Assembly (NCBI RefSeq): GCF_009914755.1 | Contig: NC_060942.1 | Reading direction: 5' to 3' (one strand) | Length of the DNA: 64,000 bases | From: the human T2T-CHM13v2.0 reference genome, Homo sapiens | Part shown: positions 1-12,738 of the stretch, in pieces | Layout: each line of letters opens with the position of its first letter | Position numbering within the stretch: the stretch's first letter is position 1 | The notes under the pieces: model-generated | Seen by the model: only the letters and a program-made list of their open reading frames with translations | Told to the model about the DNA's origin: nothing | Database searches by the model: none | Position numbers and translations under genes: made by a program

Positions 1-1
1 G

Positions 2-190
2 ATGTGTGCATGTGTCTGTGTGTGGGTGTCTATGTGTGCATGTGTGTGTAACGTGTCTGTGTGTAATGTGTCTGCGTGTGTGTCTGTGTGTGCATGTGTC
101 TGTGTGTGTGTCTGCATGTATCTGTGTGTGTGTCTGTGTGTACATGTGTCTGTGTGTGTCTTGTGTGTCTGTGTGTGTATCTGCACGTGT
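2..190. repeat. Imperfect (TG)n/(TGTC) microsatellite
   Basis: Run of tgtgtgtctgtg. It produces the spurious Cys/Val ORFs. Confidence 0.95.
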
Positions 191-288
191 CACTCCCTGG
201 TGACCAAGTACCTGCCCCTTCTCTGTTGCATCATTCATGGCCCGTGTTTCTCAGGTGATTGTTTTTTACTTGAAGTGAGTCAAGTAGC

Positions 289-515
289 TGGTCAGCCTCT
301 GCCTCCCTATGGCTTGTGGGTCTTTGCCTCACACCAGTCCGTCTCTGCCTCCCTACGGCCGGTGGGTCTCTGCCTCACATCGGTCCGTCTCTGCCTCCCT
401 ATGGCTGGTCAGTCTCTGCGTCACACCGGTCCTTCTCTGCCTCTCTACAGCTGGTCGGACTCTGCCTCACACCGGTCAGCCTCTGCTTCCCTGTGTCCGG
501 TGGGCCTCTGCCGCC
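289..515. repeat. Degenerate dimeric minisatellite, about 46-bp period (25+21), about 5 copies
   Basis: Alternating GTCTCTGCCTCCCTAYGGC and GTCTCTGCCTCACAYC units; recurrence at 341 and 387. Confidence 0.75.
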
Positions 516-1478
516 ATCTCTACACTGTACTGGCTGTTTGGGGGCTCCACTTGGGCTCAGGGCCTGTGTGGAAAGCTGGTGCCGGGGCAGCTCACACCCA
601 GGGCAGCCTGGTTGGCCTTAAGACAGGGGCCTTGTGTCTGAGCCTCCAGGTCATCGTTCTTACATTTCAGGGTGTGATACTCCCATCTGTCTAACTTGTT
701 AGGAAAAGGCAGAGAGGAGATAAGAAAAAGGTACCAATTCTGCGAAGCTATTATGTTTTCATTTGTCTTGTCAAAGCCTTGCACTTGGAGATTCTGTGCT
801 TTTGTGGAGGAGAGTGGGGATGCTGTCTGAGAAAAAGGCACAAACCATCACGCTATGATTAAATTGGTCATGGGAATAAATAGAAAGTGTTCCCCCTGAA
901 GTAGGAGTTCTTAACCTAGGACTGGTGGGTCCACGTGGCCACGAGTAGATTCTGCAGGTTCCACGGAGCCCAGTGGAACCCAGGTGTGTGGTTGTGGACC
1001 TGTTGTGAGAAGACGAATCGTGTCCATCTGCTAAGGGTTCATGGTCCATCCCAGGTCAACACACCTCCCCTGAAAGCAGAACGTGACGTGTTGTTTCAGG
1101 GGTTTGAGAAGTGCTGGCAGGGTTCTTACAGGATGGCACCATTTGAAAGGGGCGCCTGTGACGAGCCCCACACCAGACAGCCCGGTGGCAGGAAACATGT
1201 CTGCAAGGGAGGCCTCCAGCCAGAGCTCACTGGGACATCATCTTTTCCAATTTAACTGTCACACTTAAAATACCTCAAAACACAGATACCTGCAAAAACA
1301 TTTATTCCTCAGCTTACATAAACGGCAGGTGGTGTTCAAAGTAGGAAGGGTGATGGAATGTGGGGAAAGAAGCAAAGGAAGGGCCTTTGGCCATGGGTCC
1401 CTCCAGAACCGCCCCAGCTCCAGAGGCCAGCGAGAGAGATGCCTCGAAGAGACTCCCGAGTGATGAGACCCCCAAGCA

Positions 1479-2841
1479 TTCCCTGCGGACAGAGCCTTTG
1501 TCAGGAGGGTTCCCTGCAGACAGAGCCTTTGTCAGGAGGGTTCCCTGCAGACAGAGCCTTTGTCAGGAGGGTTCCCTGCGGACAGAGCCTTTGTCAGGAG
1601 GGTTCCTTGCGGACAGAGCCTTCGTCAGGAGGGTTCCCTGCATACAGAGCCTTCGTCAGGAGCGTTCTCTGCGGACAGAGCCTTCGTCAGGAGGGTTCCC
1701 TGCATACAGAGCCTTCGTCAGGAGGGTTCCCTGCGGACAGAGCCTTCGTCAGGAGGGTTCCCTGCATACAGAGCCTTCGTCAGGAGCGTTCTCTGCGGAC
1801 AGAGCCTTCGTCAGGAGGGTTCCCTGCATACAGAGCCTTCGTCAGGAGGGTTCCCTGCGGACAGAGCCTTCGTCAGGAGGGTTCCCTGCGGACAGAGCCT
1901 TCGTCAGGAGGGTTCCCTGCGGACAGAGCCTTCGTCAGGAGGGTTCCCTGCGGACAGAGCCTTCGTCAGGAGGGTTCCCTGCGGACAGAGCCTTCGTCAG
2001 GAGGGTTCCCTGCGGACAGAGCCTTCGTCAGGAGGGTTCCCTGCGGACAGAGCCTTCGTCAGGAGGGTTCCCTGCATACAGAGCCTTCGTCAGGAGGGTT
2101 CCCTGCGGACAGAGCCTTCGTCAGGAGGGTTCCCTGCGGACAGAGCCTTCGTCAGGAGGGTTCCCTGCGGACAGAGCCTTCGTCAGGAGGGTTCCCTGCG
2201 GACAGAGCCTTCGTCAGGAGGGTTCCCTGCGGACAGAGCCTTCGTCAGGAGGGTTCCCTGCATACAGAGCCTTCGTCAGGAGCGTTCCCTGCGGACAGAG
2301 CCTTCGTCAGGAGCGTTCCCTGCGGACAGAGCCTTCGTCAGGAGGGTTCCCTGCGGACAGAGCCTTCGTCAGGAGGGTTCCCTGCGGACAGAGCCTTCGT
2401 CAGGAGGGTTCCCTGCGGACAGAGCCTTCGTCAGGAGGGTTCCCTGCGGACAGAGCCTTCGTCAGGAGGGTTCCCTGCGGACAGAGCCTTCGTCAGGAGG
2501 GTTCCCTGCGGACAGAGCCTTCGTCAGGAGGGTTCCCTGCGGACAGAGCCTTCGTCAGGAGGGTTCCCTGCGGACAGAGCCTTCGTCAGGAGGGTTCCCT
2601 GCGGACAGAGCCTTCGTCAGGAGCGTGCCCTGCGTACAGAGCCTTCGTCAGGAGCGTGCCCTGCGTACAGAGCCTTCGTCAGGAGCGTGCCCTGAGGACA
2701 GAGCCTTCGTCAGGAGCGTGCCCTGCGGACAGAGCCTTCGTCAGGAGGGTTCCCTGCGGACAGAGCCTTCGTCAGGAGGGTTCCCTGCGGACAGAGCCTT
2801 TGTCAGGAGCGTTCCCTTCATACAGAGCCTTTGTTAGGAGG
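1479..2841. repeat. 31-bp VNTR, about 44 copies (GTTCCCTGCGGACAGAGCCTTCGTCAGGAGG)
   Basis: Exact 31-bp period (ACAGAGCC at 1861, 1892, 1923). Near-identical core with variant units at both ends. Confidence 0.97.
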
Positions 2842-3177
2842 AGAGCCTCCTTCAGGATGTGCCGTCCTCCCACCCCCACCCTTACCTGGCGGGCGGCCTA
2901 GGTGGTTGTCTCCTGGGTGCTTTGTAGAACCCTGATTTGGAGCAGCACTCACATCCCAGCTTGGGCTCTTCTCCTTCGCTGTGACCTCCACCTGGGAGTT
3001 GGAATGCAAGGAGCAGCCGTCAGAGCAAATGTCTAGAAAGGGCTGGGTGGATGCCCACCAGAAGTTTCTCCATAGCTAGGCACCCCCGGGCAGAGCAGGT
3101 GTCTGTGGCTTCCCCACACTCACCCACCGCCCCCTGGTTCTGAGCCTACTCCGAGGTACATCTATCCGCTGCTCATA

Positions 3178-3548
3178 GCTTGCCCGTCCTCACCCATGAG
3201 ACCTCAGCTGCCCATCCTCACCTGCCCTTTCTCACCCCTCCTTCCTCACCTGCCCTTCCTCACCCCTCCTTCCTCACCTGCTCATCCTCACCCGTGAGAC
3301 CTCACCTGCCCTTCTTCACCTGCCCTCACCTGCCCATCCTCACTGTCCTTCCTCAGCTGCCCGTCCTCACCTGCCCATCCTTACCTGCCCTTCCTCACCT
3401 GTCCGTCCTCACCTGCACTCACCTGCCCATCCTCACCTGCTCTCATCTGTCCATCCTCACCTGCTCTCACCTGTCCATCCTTACCTGCTCATCCTCACCT
3501 GTCCGTCTTCACCTGCCCATCCTCACCTGCCCTTCCTCACCTGCCCAG
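3178..3548. repeat. Degenerate pyrimidine-rich repeat (CCTCACCTGCCCAT)n
   Basis: Repeated CTCACCTG with 10-14 bp spacing. Confidence 0.8.
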
Positions 3549-4179
3549 GCCTCTTCCTTTTCAACCTTCTCTTCTACTTCCCTCCTCTATCTTCTCCCCA
3601 CTCTCTTGCTGTTTTTTGAAACCCCACTCCTCCCTTCTTCTCCACTCTTTTCTGGTATTCATGAAACCTTGGAACTGGGAGAGCCGTGCAGATCATTCGC
3701 CCTGATTTCCAGAGGAGACCTGGGACTGCCCAGGCCACAGCCAGATCCTGCTCTCAGGACCCTCGGGCCACAGACTTTTCCAGCCTGTATGGCAAGACTC
3801 CTCTTTGCACAGTGCTAAGCAGCCTTAGAAGAGTGTTACATGCTTCAACGTGTTCTCAGAAGTAGATACAATCTCTCCTGTGGCTCCTCTGGGAGGGCTC
3901 CTGCGTCTGCTCCTTAAGCCCCTGGCACCTTAAGGTAGATCACGGTGAGCCTTGGAGTATAAACGGCTGGGACGTCCTTGCTGTCTGCTCCCCTGCTATG
4001 AGCCTGGGCTGCACCCAGTCTCCAAGGAAAGTAGCCTGGTTTCCTTTAAAATTGGCAATGAAGGATATTTTATAACTTTTTTTGAAATTTGTATAATTTT
4101 TTCTTATTACTTCAGTGTTCCTCAAGCTCTATAATTAAGAATGTCTTACCATCTAACCTAAATCTCTCTTGCTACAGGG

Positions 4180-4482
4180 TTTTTTTTGTTTTTTTGAGAT
4201 GGTGTCTCACTCTGTAACCCAGGCTGGGGTGCAGTGGTGCGATCTTGGCTTACTACAGCCTTGACCTCCTGGGATCAAGCAATCCCCCCATCTCAGCCTC
4301 CAAAATAGCTGGGACTACAGGTGTGTGCTACCACACCTGGCTAATTTCTTGTTTATTTTTTTGTAGAGACAAAAATCTCACTATGTTGCCCTGGCTGGTC
4401 TCAAACTCCTGGGCTCAAGTGATATGCCTGCCTCAGCGTCCCAACGTGCTGGGATTATGGGCATGAGCCACTGTACCCTGCC
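4180..4482 (-). mobile_element. AluJ-like SINE
   Basis: Poly-T, GAGATGGTGTCTCACTCTG...CTCAAACTCCTGGGCTCAAGTGAT...GGGATTATGGGCATGAGCCAC. Confidence 0.9.
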
Positions 4483-5483
4483 TCTTACTGCAGTTTGATT
4501 TGACTGTTATAGTTGTTGGTAATTTTAGTTGTGATTTTAATTGTTTTTCTTTCAATTGCATGTTGTTAGCATCATGTCTGAGAAGTAAGAAATCAGAAAG
4601 TATAAGTTCATAGAACAAAACCTGCAAGTTTATAGAACAAAGCCCAAATCTCTTTGGCTATGACAGTTTCAAAGAACAAACCTTTGCTGCAACGTCATTT
4701 CCACGGATAAACAAGGCTAAGTCCAAATATGTGGTATAAATGCATGGATAATGAACAAATGAACATCAGTAATTAGGTGGTGCCCAGTGTGGCAGCATCT
4801 GGCTGGCTGCTGTGATGGGAAGTGTTGCAACAGCGAGTTTGTGTGTGTTCAAGCTGCAGCCTGGGCTTTTGTGGCAAAGTGTGGCCAAACTCTGCTCTGA
4901 GCCAGTTCTGCTGAGTGCGCCGGGAAGAGAAAGGCCAAGGGTGGCGATCCTTGCTAGAGGGTCAGAGTTGTGCACATCTGGCCACAGATGCTCTGGGCAG
5001 CACAGCTCCTGAGACAGGGCAGCCCAGGCCAGTAACGTGCAGGGCAGTGCCTCTCTGGCCAGGGGACGGTGGGCTGAGGAGGCCACCCAGTGCAGTGGCA
5101 GAGGGCGGTGCTTCCCGTGGTTTACCTTTAAAACCCCTTCACGTTAAAGCCTGTCGAGGTCGGTATCAGTGAAGGTGAGCTGGTGACCTGCAGCAAGAGC
5201 CCCAGCCAGCGTCAGAGCGGCTTGGACCAAAGATCAGGCTGCAGAACCCTGATAAAGACCCGTTTGCCTCGGCGGCACCGACACTGAGCAAACGTCCTGT
5301 CCTCCGACGTGGCAAATGGGGGTTTTCTTTCTTTTGTTATTGACTCATGTTTTACAATAGGTTGCAGCCATTATGGTTTTAGACTCTCAGTTTCTGGGAG
5401 GACATCTTTTGTGCTGGCCACATGCTTCTGACACACACCCATCCATCATTTCCGGTACAAGGCCTCAGGTCTCACCCACACTT

Positions 5484-5806
5484 TGTTGGGGTGATCAGAC
5501 CCAACACCAGGTCATGGGCGACAAAGTCCGGCAGAGTCAAAGGAATGAGAAAAAGACAGTTTGAGAGAGAAAGTGGGACCGGGGTCCACCGAGCTCTGGG
5601 AGCCCACGCTATTTAATGGTACTCAAACAAACAAACAAACAGCTGGTGGGGATGTGGGGTTTAAAAGGAAACCAGTGTATCAAGTGAATGAGAGACCTAT
5701 GGCTGCTTGAGATAATGGGAGTGCTAGAAGCAAGAAGCCAGCAAGTCTAGCAGACATGCAAGCCCTGCCTCAGCTTCTCTCCCAACACTCAGCTTTTCTC
5801 CCAACA
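5484..5806 (-). mobile_element. Solo LTR, LTR14A-like (HERV-K14/ERVK group)
   Basis: Termini TGTTGGG...CCCAACA. The minus strand begins TGTTGGGAGAAAAGCTGAGTGTTGGGAGAGAAGCTGAGGCAGGGC. Flanks CACTT/GACTT form a near-TSD. Subfamily name is from memory. Confidence 0.75.
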
Positions 5807-7569
5807 GACTTCCTTGTCAGGAGTCAGCCACTCTCCCACAGGAAACATTCTTGAGCAGGAGGAGCTGGTTCCTGATGGCTGAGTGCACCTTCAGTGGAGA
5901 AGGCACATCACCGAATAAACTCAGGAGCCATGCTGGGTGTGTTCACATCCAGTCCTCTGGCCAATGGAGTATTTCCCTCTTGTTTATACTGAGTCTGTCT
6001 AACAGAACCGTCTGTGCCACCCACACCCATGGTGTCGGCCACCCATGTGGGGAGCAGTAACAAGACACACCCACCCCTCCCAGCCAGGGACGTGTCTGTA
6101 GAGAGATGTGGGGAGTAGGAACCCCCATCCCGACCCACTGGTAATGAGGAGCCCTCCCTCACCATGGATGTCAACAGAAGCCTCTTGGGGAATGTGCACT
6201 TCTGTCCCCACTGCCAGCAGAGGTGTTGTCTCTCTCCCCCCTGCCAGAGCAGGGCCAAAGGAAGCCAACCGCAGCAGAGCCAGCATCTGAGAGGCTCAAA
6301 ATGTCTAGGTTTCCATGGAAATCAGCCCTCATACCAAGAGCCAGAAAGATTTCGAATTTGGTGAAAAGGACAGTCAACGGCCATTGACACCAACACTAAG
6401 ATGATAGTAATGTCGAAATTATTGGGCACAGATTTTAAAACAGCCGTTGTAAAAATACTTCAGTGGACAATTACAAACATGCTTGAAACAGATGAGAAAT
6501 AGTCTCAGCAAAGGAATAGAAGATATAAAATAAAACCAAATGGGAATTTTAGATGTAAAAATACAATAAATGGAATGGGAAACTCAATGGATAGGTTCAG
6601 TGGTAGACGGAGTAGACGTATAAAAGAGTCAGTGAACTGGAAGGTAGAATGGTAGAGGGGAAACATGATGAGGAAAATGTGAGTAAATGCGATAGACTTT
6701 CCTTCTCCACGTGAGTTTTCTGAATTGCTCGATGGTGGGAGTAAAGATTGTGAAAATTCCTGATGTGGCTCTAAGGCAGGTAGAGGGATGTGTAAGACTA
6801 TTATTTACAGATGGGATGTGGGACATATAAAGGAAAGTGATGGCTCTACACTTCACTTGAACTGGTAAAATAACACCAGTGGACCATGACAGGTTGTGTG
6901 TGTATAATGTAATACCTAGAACAGATACAAAAAACACAAGAGATAAATCAAAATAGAATTGTCAAATAGTGAAGTAATCCACAGGGAAACATGAAGAAGA
7001 AAACAGAAATAAAGAACAGAGAACAGAAAACAGTACAAAATGGAAGATTAAAGTCCTAACGTACAAATAATTTTAGTAGGTGTAAATTGTGTAAACAAAA
7101 CAAAAATCAACTAAAAAGAGACATTGGCAGAGTGAGTTTAAAAGCATGACCCAATGATAAGCAGTCCACAAGAAAGTCACTTCAAATATAACAATATAGG
7201 CAGGTTGAAAATAAAAGGAGACAAAAAGATACATCGTGTAAACATTAATCAAAAGAACGTTGTTGTGGCTATATTTGTATTTGATAAGGTAGACTTCAAG
7301 GTAAATAATGTTACCAGAGACAGAGGAGAAACGTTATGTAAAAATGAAGGATCTAAGAGGACATAGCAATTCTAATGTATATGCACAAACAACAGAGCTG
7401 CAAAATATGTGAACCAAAGGATGACAGAGTTTAAAGTAGAAACATTCACAGTTGTGGTTGGAGATAACATCATCATCCAACAGATCTATTTGATATTTAA
7501 AGGATACTTCACTCAACAAAAGGAGAATATTCCTTTTTCTTGAGGTAACCATGAAACATATACCAAAGT

Positions 7570-9282
7570 TGTGTTAGTCCATTTTCACACTGCTATACAG
7601 AACTACCTGAGACTGGGTAATTTATGAAGAAAAAAGGTTGAATTGACTCACAGTTCCACATGGCTGGGGAGGCCTCAGGAAACTTACAATCATGGCGAGA
7701 GGTAAAGGAGAAGCAAGACCTTCTTCACATGGCTGCAGGAGAGAGAGAGTGAGTGAAGGGGAAGTGCCACACTTTTAAACCATGAGTCCTTGTAAGAACT
7801 CACTCACTATCATGAGAACAGCATGAGGGAAACCAACCCCGTAATCCAATCACCTCCCACCAGATCCCTCCCTCAACACATGAGGATGACAATTCAAGCT
7901 GAGATTTGAGTAGAGACACAGAGCCTAACCATATCAATTCAGCCCTGGCCCCTCCCAAATCTCATGTCCTCACATTTTAACACAATCATGGCTTCCAAAC
8001 AGTCCCCCACAGTCTGAACTCATTTCAGCATTAACCCAAAAGTCCAAGTGCAAAGTCTCAACTGAAATAAGACAAGTCCCTCCCACCTATGAACCTGTAA
8101 AATCAAAAGCAAGTTAGATACTTCCAAGATAAAGTGGAGGAACAGACATCGGGTAAATGCTCCCATTCCAAATGGGAGAAATTGGCCAAAAAAGGGGGCC
8201 ACAGGTCCCATGCAAATCCAAAACCCAGCAGGTCAGCCATTAAATCTTAAGGCTCTGAGATGGTCTCCTTTGACTCCATGTCTCACATCCAGGTCACACT
8301 GATGCAAGAAGTGGGCTCCCATGGCCTTGGGCAGCTCTGCCCCTGTGGCTTTGCAGGGCACAGCCCCCATGGCTGCTTTCACTTGCTGGCTCTGAGTGAT
8401 GGTGGCTTTTCCAGGCAGATGGTGCAAGCAGTTGGAGGATCTACCATTCTGGGGTCTGGAGGACAGTGGCCCTCTTCTCACAGCTCCACTAGGCAGTTCC
8501 CCAGTGGGGACTCTATGTGGGGCTCCAACCCCACATTTCCCCTCTGCTTTACTCTACTAGAGGTTCTCCATGAGAGAAAAATCATCTCAAGTTCAAAGGT
8601 CCACAGATCTCTACGGCAGGGGCAAAATGCCACTAGTCTCTTTGTGAAAGTATAGCAAGAATGACCCTACTGCAGTTCTTAATAAGTTCCTCATCTCCAT
8701 CTGAGACCACCTTAGCCTGGACTTCATTGTCCATATCTCTATCAGTATTTTGGTCAAAACCATTTGACAAGTCTCTAGGATGTTCCAAACTTCCCCACAT
8801 CTTCCTGTCTTCTTCTGAGCCCTCCAAACTCTTCCAACCTCTGCCCTTTACCCAGTTCCAAAGTTGTGTCCACATTTTCAAGTATCTTTGTAGCAGTGCC
8901 CCACTCCAGGTACCAATTTTCTGTATTAGTCCATTTTCACGCCTATACAGAACTACCTGAGACTGGGTAATTTATGAAGAAAAAAGGTTTAATTGACCCA
9001 CAATTCCACATGGCTGGGGAGGCCTCAGGAAACTTACAGTCATGGCAGAAGGTGAAGGAGAAGCAAGACCTTCTTCACATGGTGGCAGGAGAAAGCGAGA
9101 GTGAGTGAAGGGAAAGTGCCTCACTTTTAAACCATCAAATCTCAGGAGAACTTGCTATCACAAGAACAGCAGGGGGGAACTGGCCCATAATCCAGTCACC
9201 TCCCACCAGGTCCCTCCCTTGACATGTGGTGATTACAAATCAAGATGAGATTTAGGTGGGGACACAGAGCCAAACCATATCA
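7570..9282 (-). mobile_element. Two-LTR MaLR provirus, THE1D-like (LTRs 7570-7936 and 8922-9282, internally deleted internal region)
   Basis: Two direct repeats of about 365 bp, TGTRTTAGTCCATTTTCAC...AACCATATCA. Perfect 5-bp TSD AAAGT at 7565-7569 and 9283-9287. Confidence 0.92.
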
Positions 9283-9455
9283 AAAGTATACCATAAAACA
9301 AATCTCAACAAATTTAAAAGAACTGAAATCATATAAGTGTTCTCAGTGTGGTTCTCTGAGCATAATGGAATAAAACTGGAAATCAATAATAGAATAATCT
9401 TCAAACACTGGAAATTTAAATCATACTTCTAAATAATCCTTGGGCCAAACAAGTC

Positions 9456-9752
<297 letters not shown>

Positions 9753-10056
9753 CAAAGAGGAGGTCTTAAGGGAAATCAAAACATACATTGAACAGAATGA
9801 AAATATATACACAACATATCAAAATTTGTGAGACCAAGCTATACAGTGTCAAGAGGGAAATTACATTAGAAAAAAGGAAAAACCTCAATGTACAATCTCA
9901 GGTCCCACCTGCAGTACCTAGAAGAGGAAGAGCAAAGCAAGTAGAAGGAATGAAATAATGAAGAGCAGAAGTCAATGGCGCTTAGCCCAGTAGAACAATA
10001 GGGAAAAGCAGTGAAACAAAGAGCCGACTCTTTGAAAGGATCAATAGAATAAACTT

Positions 10057-10357
<301 letters not shown>

Positions 10358-12028
10358 ATTCCTGGCAAGCCCAACAAAATTAAGAAGAGAGAAGACACAC
10401 GTTACCAACGTCAGGAACAAAATAGAGGACATAACTGCATACCCTGTAGACATCAGAAGTGTGAGAAGGGAACCCTGCCAACAACTCTACATGCACATTT
10501 GACAGCCCAGATCTACTGGACCGATTCCTTGGAAAATACACACTACCACAATTCACCCAGTGTGAAATAGATCATGAGAATAGTCCTATAACTGTTAATA
10601 AACTTGAATTTGTAAATTAAAAATTCCTGAAAAAGCAATCTCCAAGCCCAGATGATTTCACTGGAGAACATCTAAACAACTAAACCTCTGAGTAAACATC
10701 TAAGGAAGAATTAACACCAATCTATACTGTCTTTTCCAAAAAATGGAAGAGGAGGGAACATTTTCTAAAACCTTATTAAATATTAGCAAATAGAAATCAG
10801 CAATACGTAAAAGGAATTATACACCATGGCCAAGTGGAGAGTTTATTCCAGGGATGCAAAGATGATTCAGTATTTAAATTCAATCAGTGTAAGCACCATA
10901 TTGACAGGCTAAAGAAAAATCACATAATCATATAAGTTGATGCAAAAAACTTTTTAAATAACACCTCTTTTGATAAAAATTCTCAGAATATAGGAATCAA
11001 GGGGAAGTTTCTTGACTTGATAAAGAGTATCTACAAAAACCTTAGCTGACATACACTTAATGGTGAAAGACTGAATGTTCTTCCCCTCAGATGGAGAACA
11101 AGGCAAAAATGCTCACTTTCATCACTCTTATTCAACATATAACTGAAAGCTCTGGTCACTGCAGTGGGTAATAAAATGAAATAAAATGTATATAAGTTAT
11201 AAAGGAAGAAATAAGACTGCCCCATTTGCAAATTACATGATTGTATACACAGAAAATCCCAAGAAATCTACAAAAAGCCAAAAAAAACTCTTAGAACTAA
11301 TAAATGAATTCAGCAAGATTGCAAGACATAAGATAAACATACAAAATCAATACACTAGCAAGACACATGGATATCAAAATTAAACATAGAATATAATACC
11401 CTTTACAATTGTTCAACAAAATGAAATACTTAGGTATGAGTCTAGCAATACACATATAGAACTTTAATGCTGAAGACTACAAAAGGCAAATAAAAGAAAT
11501 AATCTAAATAAATGGAGAGATGTATCATGTTCATTTATGGAATTAGCTTATTAAAAATGTCAGTTCTCCCCAAATTGATATAAAAATTTGAGGTTAAAAT
11601 CCCAGTGATTTAAAAAATATATAGATGAGATTATCTAAAATTTATATAGAAAGTCAAGGGAACTAGAATAGGTAAAATTATTTGGAAAAGAAGAATAAAG
11701 TGGGGAAAATCCATCCACCTGATTTCAAGGCATGTTATATAGCTATAATAATTGACACTTTGTGGTATTGGTGGAGGGATATGTACATAGATCAGTGGAA
11801 TAGAACAGAGAACCCAGAAATAGATCCACAAAAAAATTCCTGATTAACTTTGACAGAGGTTCAAAAGTGATTCAGTAAAGTAAATATAACCTTTTCAACA
11901 AACAATAAGACATCCATAAGCCAAAAAAAAATGAATCTTGACCTAATCCCACACCTTATACAAAAATTAACTCAAAATGGATCATGACTTACAATAAAAC
12001 TATAAACATTACAAAAATAACAAGAGAA

Positions 12029-12360
12029 GCCTGGTTGTGGTGGCTGATGCCAGTAATTCCAGCACTTCTGGAGGTTGAGGCGGGTAGGATTACTTGAGCT
12101 CAGGAGTTCGAGACTAGCCTGAGCAACATAGTGAGGCCTTGTCTCTATGAAAAGAAAAAAAAGTCAGCCAGGCATGGTGGTGCACACCTGTAGTCCCAGC
12201 TACTCAGTAGACTGAGGTGGGAAGATTGCTTGAGCCTGGGAGATCAAGGTTGCAATGAGCTGTATAGAGGCTGCAGCAAGCCATGATCACACCATTGCAC
12301 TGGTGTTGCCTGGGTGACAGAGCAAGACCCTATCTCATAATAAATAAATAAATAAATAAT
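12029..12360 (+). mobile_element. AluJ-like SINE with (TAAA)n tail and a small internal duplication
   Basis: Alu body; AGGTTGCAATGAGC...AGGCTGCAGCAAGCC duplicated near 12248-12285. Confidence 0.85.
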
Positions 12361-12738
12361 AACAGAAGAAAACCTTCAAGATGTTGGGCTAAGCAAATCA
12401 TTCTTCACACCAAAAGCACAGCCAATAAAAGAAAAAAAGGATAAATTGGACTTTATCAAAATTCAAATATTTTGCTCTGCAAAAGACCTTGTGTGAAGGT
12501 TTTAAAGATAAGCTGTAGACTTTGAGAAAATATTTGCAAACTATATACCCAACTAAGTACTAGTATTAAAATGCGTTTAAAAACTCTCAAAACTCAACAG
12601 CAAAATAACAATCCAAATAGAAAATGAGCAAAACACATGAAAAGATATTTCACCAAAGAGAATAGATGACAAAGAAGTGCATTAAAAGGTCTTCAGTGTC
12701 ACTAGCTATTAAGAACATGCAAATTAAAAGACAGTGAG

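Noticed and set aside
1358-2901. Three long ORFs (425-513 aa) in all + frames
   Set aside because: Produced by a stop-free 31-bp VNTR. The same 31-aa repeat appears in every frame and there is no gene structure.
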